Assembly (NCBI GenBank): GCA_964016885.1
Contig: OZ024740.1
Coordinates: forward strand, 390,166,001-390,230,000
DNA from: Eledone cirrhosa
Lineage: Eukaryota
Direction of reading: 5' to 3'
Length of the DNA stretch: 64,000 bases
This document shows, in pieces, positions 60,072 through 64,000 of this stretch (within the stretch, counting starts at the first letter, position 1; every line of letters begins with the position of its first letter). The translations under genes were made by a program, and so were the position numbers. The notes under the pieces are model-generated. The model had not been told where the DNA came from, searched no databases, and saw only the letters and a program-made list of their open reading frames with translations.

Positions 60072-60134
60072 TAATTAATATATTGTAACTTCTGTATATA
60101 TCTTCCAAATAAAGATTCTAGTTCATAGGTTCTG

Positions 60135-60775
60135 ACGAGGGCAGATCTTCGAGTAATGGAGGTAGTATTGCCAAGAAGTGTATGCTTATTTAGTAGACCT
60201 CGAAAAGGCATATGCCCGCGTTTCACGGGACCCGTTGTGAAATGTTCTTTGGGAGTATAGGATTAGTGGTCAGCTTGTTATTGCCCTGATGTCTCTATAC
60301 GAATGCCCAAGTATTTGTATTCGGATAAATAGTGATATATCGAAACCATTCAATGTAGGTGTCGGTCTTCGCCAAGGGTGTGTACTGTTACCTTTCCTGA
60401 TCATAATCTTCATGAACAGGATTGACATGCCCAGTCGGACTGGAAGTGCTATAAAAACTGGCGGATGTAGGATCAGTCGCCCACAATTTATAGACCACAT
60501 AGTACTGCTTAACTCGTCGGAAGGTGATCTTCGACATGCACTTGATAGTTTTGATGCCGAATGCAGCAATATACTGCGAACACTGAGACACTCGTCCTCT
60601 CAAGAAACCCTGTGTAGTGCACTCTATATGGGAGTGAAGTTCCACTGAAGCAGGTGGAGAAGTTCTAGTATCGCGGAGCAGTTTTCACGAGTGATGAAAG
60701 GCAGGAGGCTGGATTAAGTGCAAGAATTCCCCAACGACCACCCCAAGAATCAGTGGACGAAGAGAAAGAAGAGAA
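60135..60775 (+). mobile_element. Decayed, internally deleted RTE LINE RT fragment (related to 53380-55270)
   Basis: LVDLEKAY.RV, SKPFNVGVGLRQGCVLLPFLIIIFMNRID and LKQVEKF*Y..AVFTSDE motifs; GAAGAG-rich tail. Confidence 0.82.
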
Positions 60776-60784
60776 GTGGTGATG

Positions 60785-61075
60785 ATGTGTGTGTGTGAGT
60801 GGTCCTGTCTGTGTCGGTGTTAGTGCGTATGCCAATGTGTGTTGGTGTGTGGATGGGTGTTTGCATGTGTATGTGTTGTGCGCCTGTTGGGATATGTGTT
60901 GCGTGTGCGCGCTTGTTTCTAGTTCATTCTATGTGTATGTTTTTGTGTGTGTTGGTTGTTTTTAGTTTTTATGCATGTGAGGGTGTCTAGAATTGGTGTG
61001 TATTAAGTGTGATTGTGTGTATATTGATAGTGGTGTATGAGTGTATGTGTTCGTTATTTGTGAGTATATTGTTGA
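60785..61075. repeat. Degenerate (GT)-rich low-complexity tract
   Basis: TGTG-rich and depleted in A/C on the + strand. Confidence 0.7.
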
Positions 61076-61164
61076 CTAGGTGTTACCCTAGCATGACAGT
61101 CTAATGAGTGACACCTGTACAAATATACATCACGAGATTTGTTCCTCAGAAAAGTTTGAGCAAT

Positions 61165-61475
61165 CATATTAGTTCAATTAATTAGGCATATCAATTCTGG
61201 TAATTAATAATGTCAGTATAATTAATTATATAAGTTAGTCCGATTAATTATTCGAGTTACTCTAATTAATAATCAAGTTCAACCAATTAATTATGATATT
61301 AGTATAATTAATTCATCCTATTATTCCAATTGATTATTCGTGTTAGTTTAAATCATTAATCATGTTAGTTTAATTGATTAATTGTGTTAGTTAGATTAAT
61401 TAGTGGTGTTAGTTTAATTAATTAGTGATGTTAGTCAAATTAATTAACTGTGTGATATTCAGTGAATAATTGTGT
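61165..61475. repeat. Old degenerate ~21-22-bp minisatellite
   Basis: About 13-14 diverged units around GTGTTAGTTTAATTAATTAGT, e.g. TGTGTTAGTTAGATTAATTAGT, GGTGTTAGTTTAATTAATTAGT, GATGTTAGTCAAATTAATTAAC. Confidence 0.75.
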
Positions 61476-61509
61476 TATATCAATTTTTCTTGTTATTGGA
61501 TATTGCCAT

Positions 61510-61630
61510 AACAGAGGTCACCCCTGCCTCTCATCTTCCCGGTGTCGCCTAAACAAAGTACCAGTCATACACAGGTCGATGTAATCGACGTCCTCTCGTC
61601 ATAAATTGTTGGCCTGTGCCTAAATTACAA
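61510..61630 (+). mobile_element. Probable SINE 3' fragment
   Basis: AAGTACCAGTC..GGTCGATGTAATCGAC...AAATTGTTGGCCTGTGCCTAAATT resembles an abundant octopus SINE tail (recalled, not searched). Confidence 0.4.
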
Positions 61631-61659
61631 GCTATAGTTAAGTATTTCAAAAACTATAA

Positions 61660-62140
61660 TGGGTTTGCTCCCTTCCGGACCCTCTTTATGGTCTCGGGAT
61701 ACGCAATCTTTGTGCGTCAATCCCACGCCTCCCAGGACAGATCGCAAGCCCATCATCAGTTTTTGCGGCATGAAATGGAGATAGCCTGAACGCGTCCGTT
61801 GTTGATCCGCGCAAAGTATGATGCAGTATGGTTCTTTTTTGTTTTCCTCATCATATTGCAGTTTCAGCTTCAGTGGTCTTATTCGCGTCACTCATCAATC
61901 TGGTACTTTGTCAAACCTTATATAGAGACGGCCTTTACTTGTTTCGTTGTAGCTACGTCACTGGGTTGTGAGAGTTTTTTGGGAGCTACAGGTGTCACCC
62001 ATTGCCTCATCTCCCCTAGTAGTTTACCGTTATTGGTCTGAGGTTGCTTATTTGACCGGCAGTTGGCCACTTATATCGTACCTAGCCATCATATCTGGTG
62101 GCCGTATCGCTATCCGCAACCTGCGACCCGTTGGTGGTAG
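61660..62140 (-). mobile_element. Possible RTE LINE 5' UTR fragment (CpG-rich)
   Basis: Minus strand CAGGTTGCGGATAGCGATACGGCCACCAGATATG...AATAAGCA resembles a leader recalled from invertebrate RTE elements. GC and CpG are locally elevated. Confidence 0.4.
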
Positions 62141-63064
62141 AGTCAGATGAGTGAGTGTCTTTCTGTATTGCCGGTAGTGGAATTATTTTATGTGGATGTG
62201 TGTGAGGGTAAGTGTGTGTATGTTTATGTATGGATATGCATGTGCGTATGTATCTGAAAATCCACGTATATACATATATAGTGTTAAAAAAAAGCCCGCA
62301 TGGAAAAAAACAACGGAGACGGACAGTCTCATATCCTCAGCCAACCTCTGGAAATCGCTACGGTTTCGGTGTATTGATTCGATACCATACATTCTAGGGC
62401 ACATTGGAACATATCAAAAAGAGGTAGGGACAAAGACAGAACAAGTTATGCCTTTAGGCGAATTACACAAATATAGATAAAAGTATCCCAACTGACAAAG
62501 AAGGGAGAAAACGGTGCGTGAGCCAAAGGAGAAAAATAGTAACGGAGAAGAGAATAAAATGGAATGCAGTCTAAAGTGCAGAGAAAGAAGAATGACACTG
62601 AGGCGTAGAAAATGTAAGAAGGGAGAATAGACGAGGACAGACTGGATGGTGTGATGTCTATTACATGATAATTAAAAAAAAGCCGTATGGTTAAATTTTA
62701 TTTTGAATCATATTCTAAAGACTTAGACATGCGGGCTCCTTTTGAAACTATCATATACTAGACATCACAACGTATGTCTTCTTGTTTGTTTTGTTTGCTT
62801 GTCTCTGTTACCTAACCGTCACTCTCGTGTGGGAAGTGGTTATCAAGCCAGTTGCGGGCAAAAATGCAGTAATGAGGTGCGCCGTTTTACTGGAACCACA
62901 TCTCACGAGCATGCGGTCATTTCGTAAAACTTCATTCATAGAATAGAAAATGCACAAAAACATGACTGATCACACACAAATAAGTGGACGTTGAAAACGT
63001 TATCAGTGAATATCTTGGAATAAAAATACATTAACTACCCGGTTATTTATGACTCACTCTGTAT

Positions 63065-63830
<766 letters not shown>

Positions 63831-63833
<3 letters not shown>

Positions 63834-64000
63834 TCAGGTGCCAGGTCTGTTCCAGACATCAGCGATCATGGCTCTCCAGTCCTTCCTGTTGTCAGTGTTC
63901 CAGATAAGGTCACTCTTTTTCGTCCTATCTTCATTGACGTATTTATTCTCCTTCCTCTTTCCAGCCATCTTGCCACAAAGAATCAGCTTCTCCAAACCTT
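63831..64000 (-). mobile_element. RTE (BovB-like) LINE 3' end, running off the right edge
   Basis: Minus strand GLEKLILCGKMAGKR.../DLIWNTDNRKDWRAMIADVWNRPGT* followed by a TGATGA tail into (TA)n. Confidence 0.75.

Noticed and set aside
62330-62400. Minus-strand CCGAAACCG and CUGAGGA motifs
   Set aside because: The motif order and pairing do not give a complete hammerhead.

Overview
This is AT-rich eukaryotic (animal) DNA, probably cephalopod/octopus-like. That assignment is inferred from CORE-type tRNA SINEs, RTE LINE remnants and very dense (TA)n/(GAT)n microsatellites. About 40 kb is a single 27-bp tandem repeat (CTATAGCATACAGTGTTGGTTAATGAT) in two arrays, 1-20769 and 22290-41711. Each array is followed by the same ~1.3-kb unique flank, and a 200-N gap separates them, which most likely means two haplotypes or contig ends were scaffolded in tandem. 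The only supportable host gene is the 3' end of an animal type I fatty acid synthase (FASN or FAS-like PKS): three + strand exons at 43036-46359 encode the thioesterase domain (GYSFG, LLDGS, GNH), so the satellite probably lies in an intron of that gene. Downstream are a 4.4-kb alternating purine-pyrimidine microsatellite, RTE/RTEX LINE fragments, SINEs and MITEs. The most notable unexplained signal is a set of minimal type I hammerhead-ribozyme motifs at three loci: one essentially intact at 63293-63372 (-), one at 58243-58283 (+), and a mirror pair in a 345-bp palindrome inside a FASN intron. Two of the three loci are fold-back DNA. The long repetitive ORFs in the track are artefacts of the repeats. 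All calls were made by eye, with no searches run.
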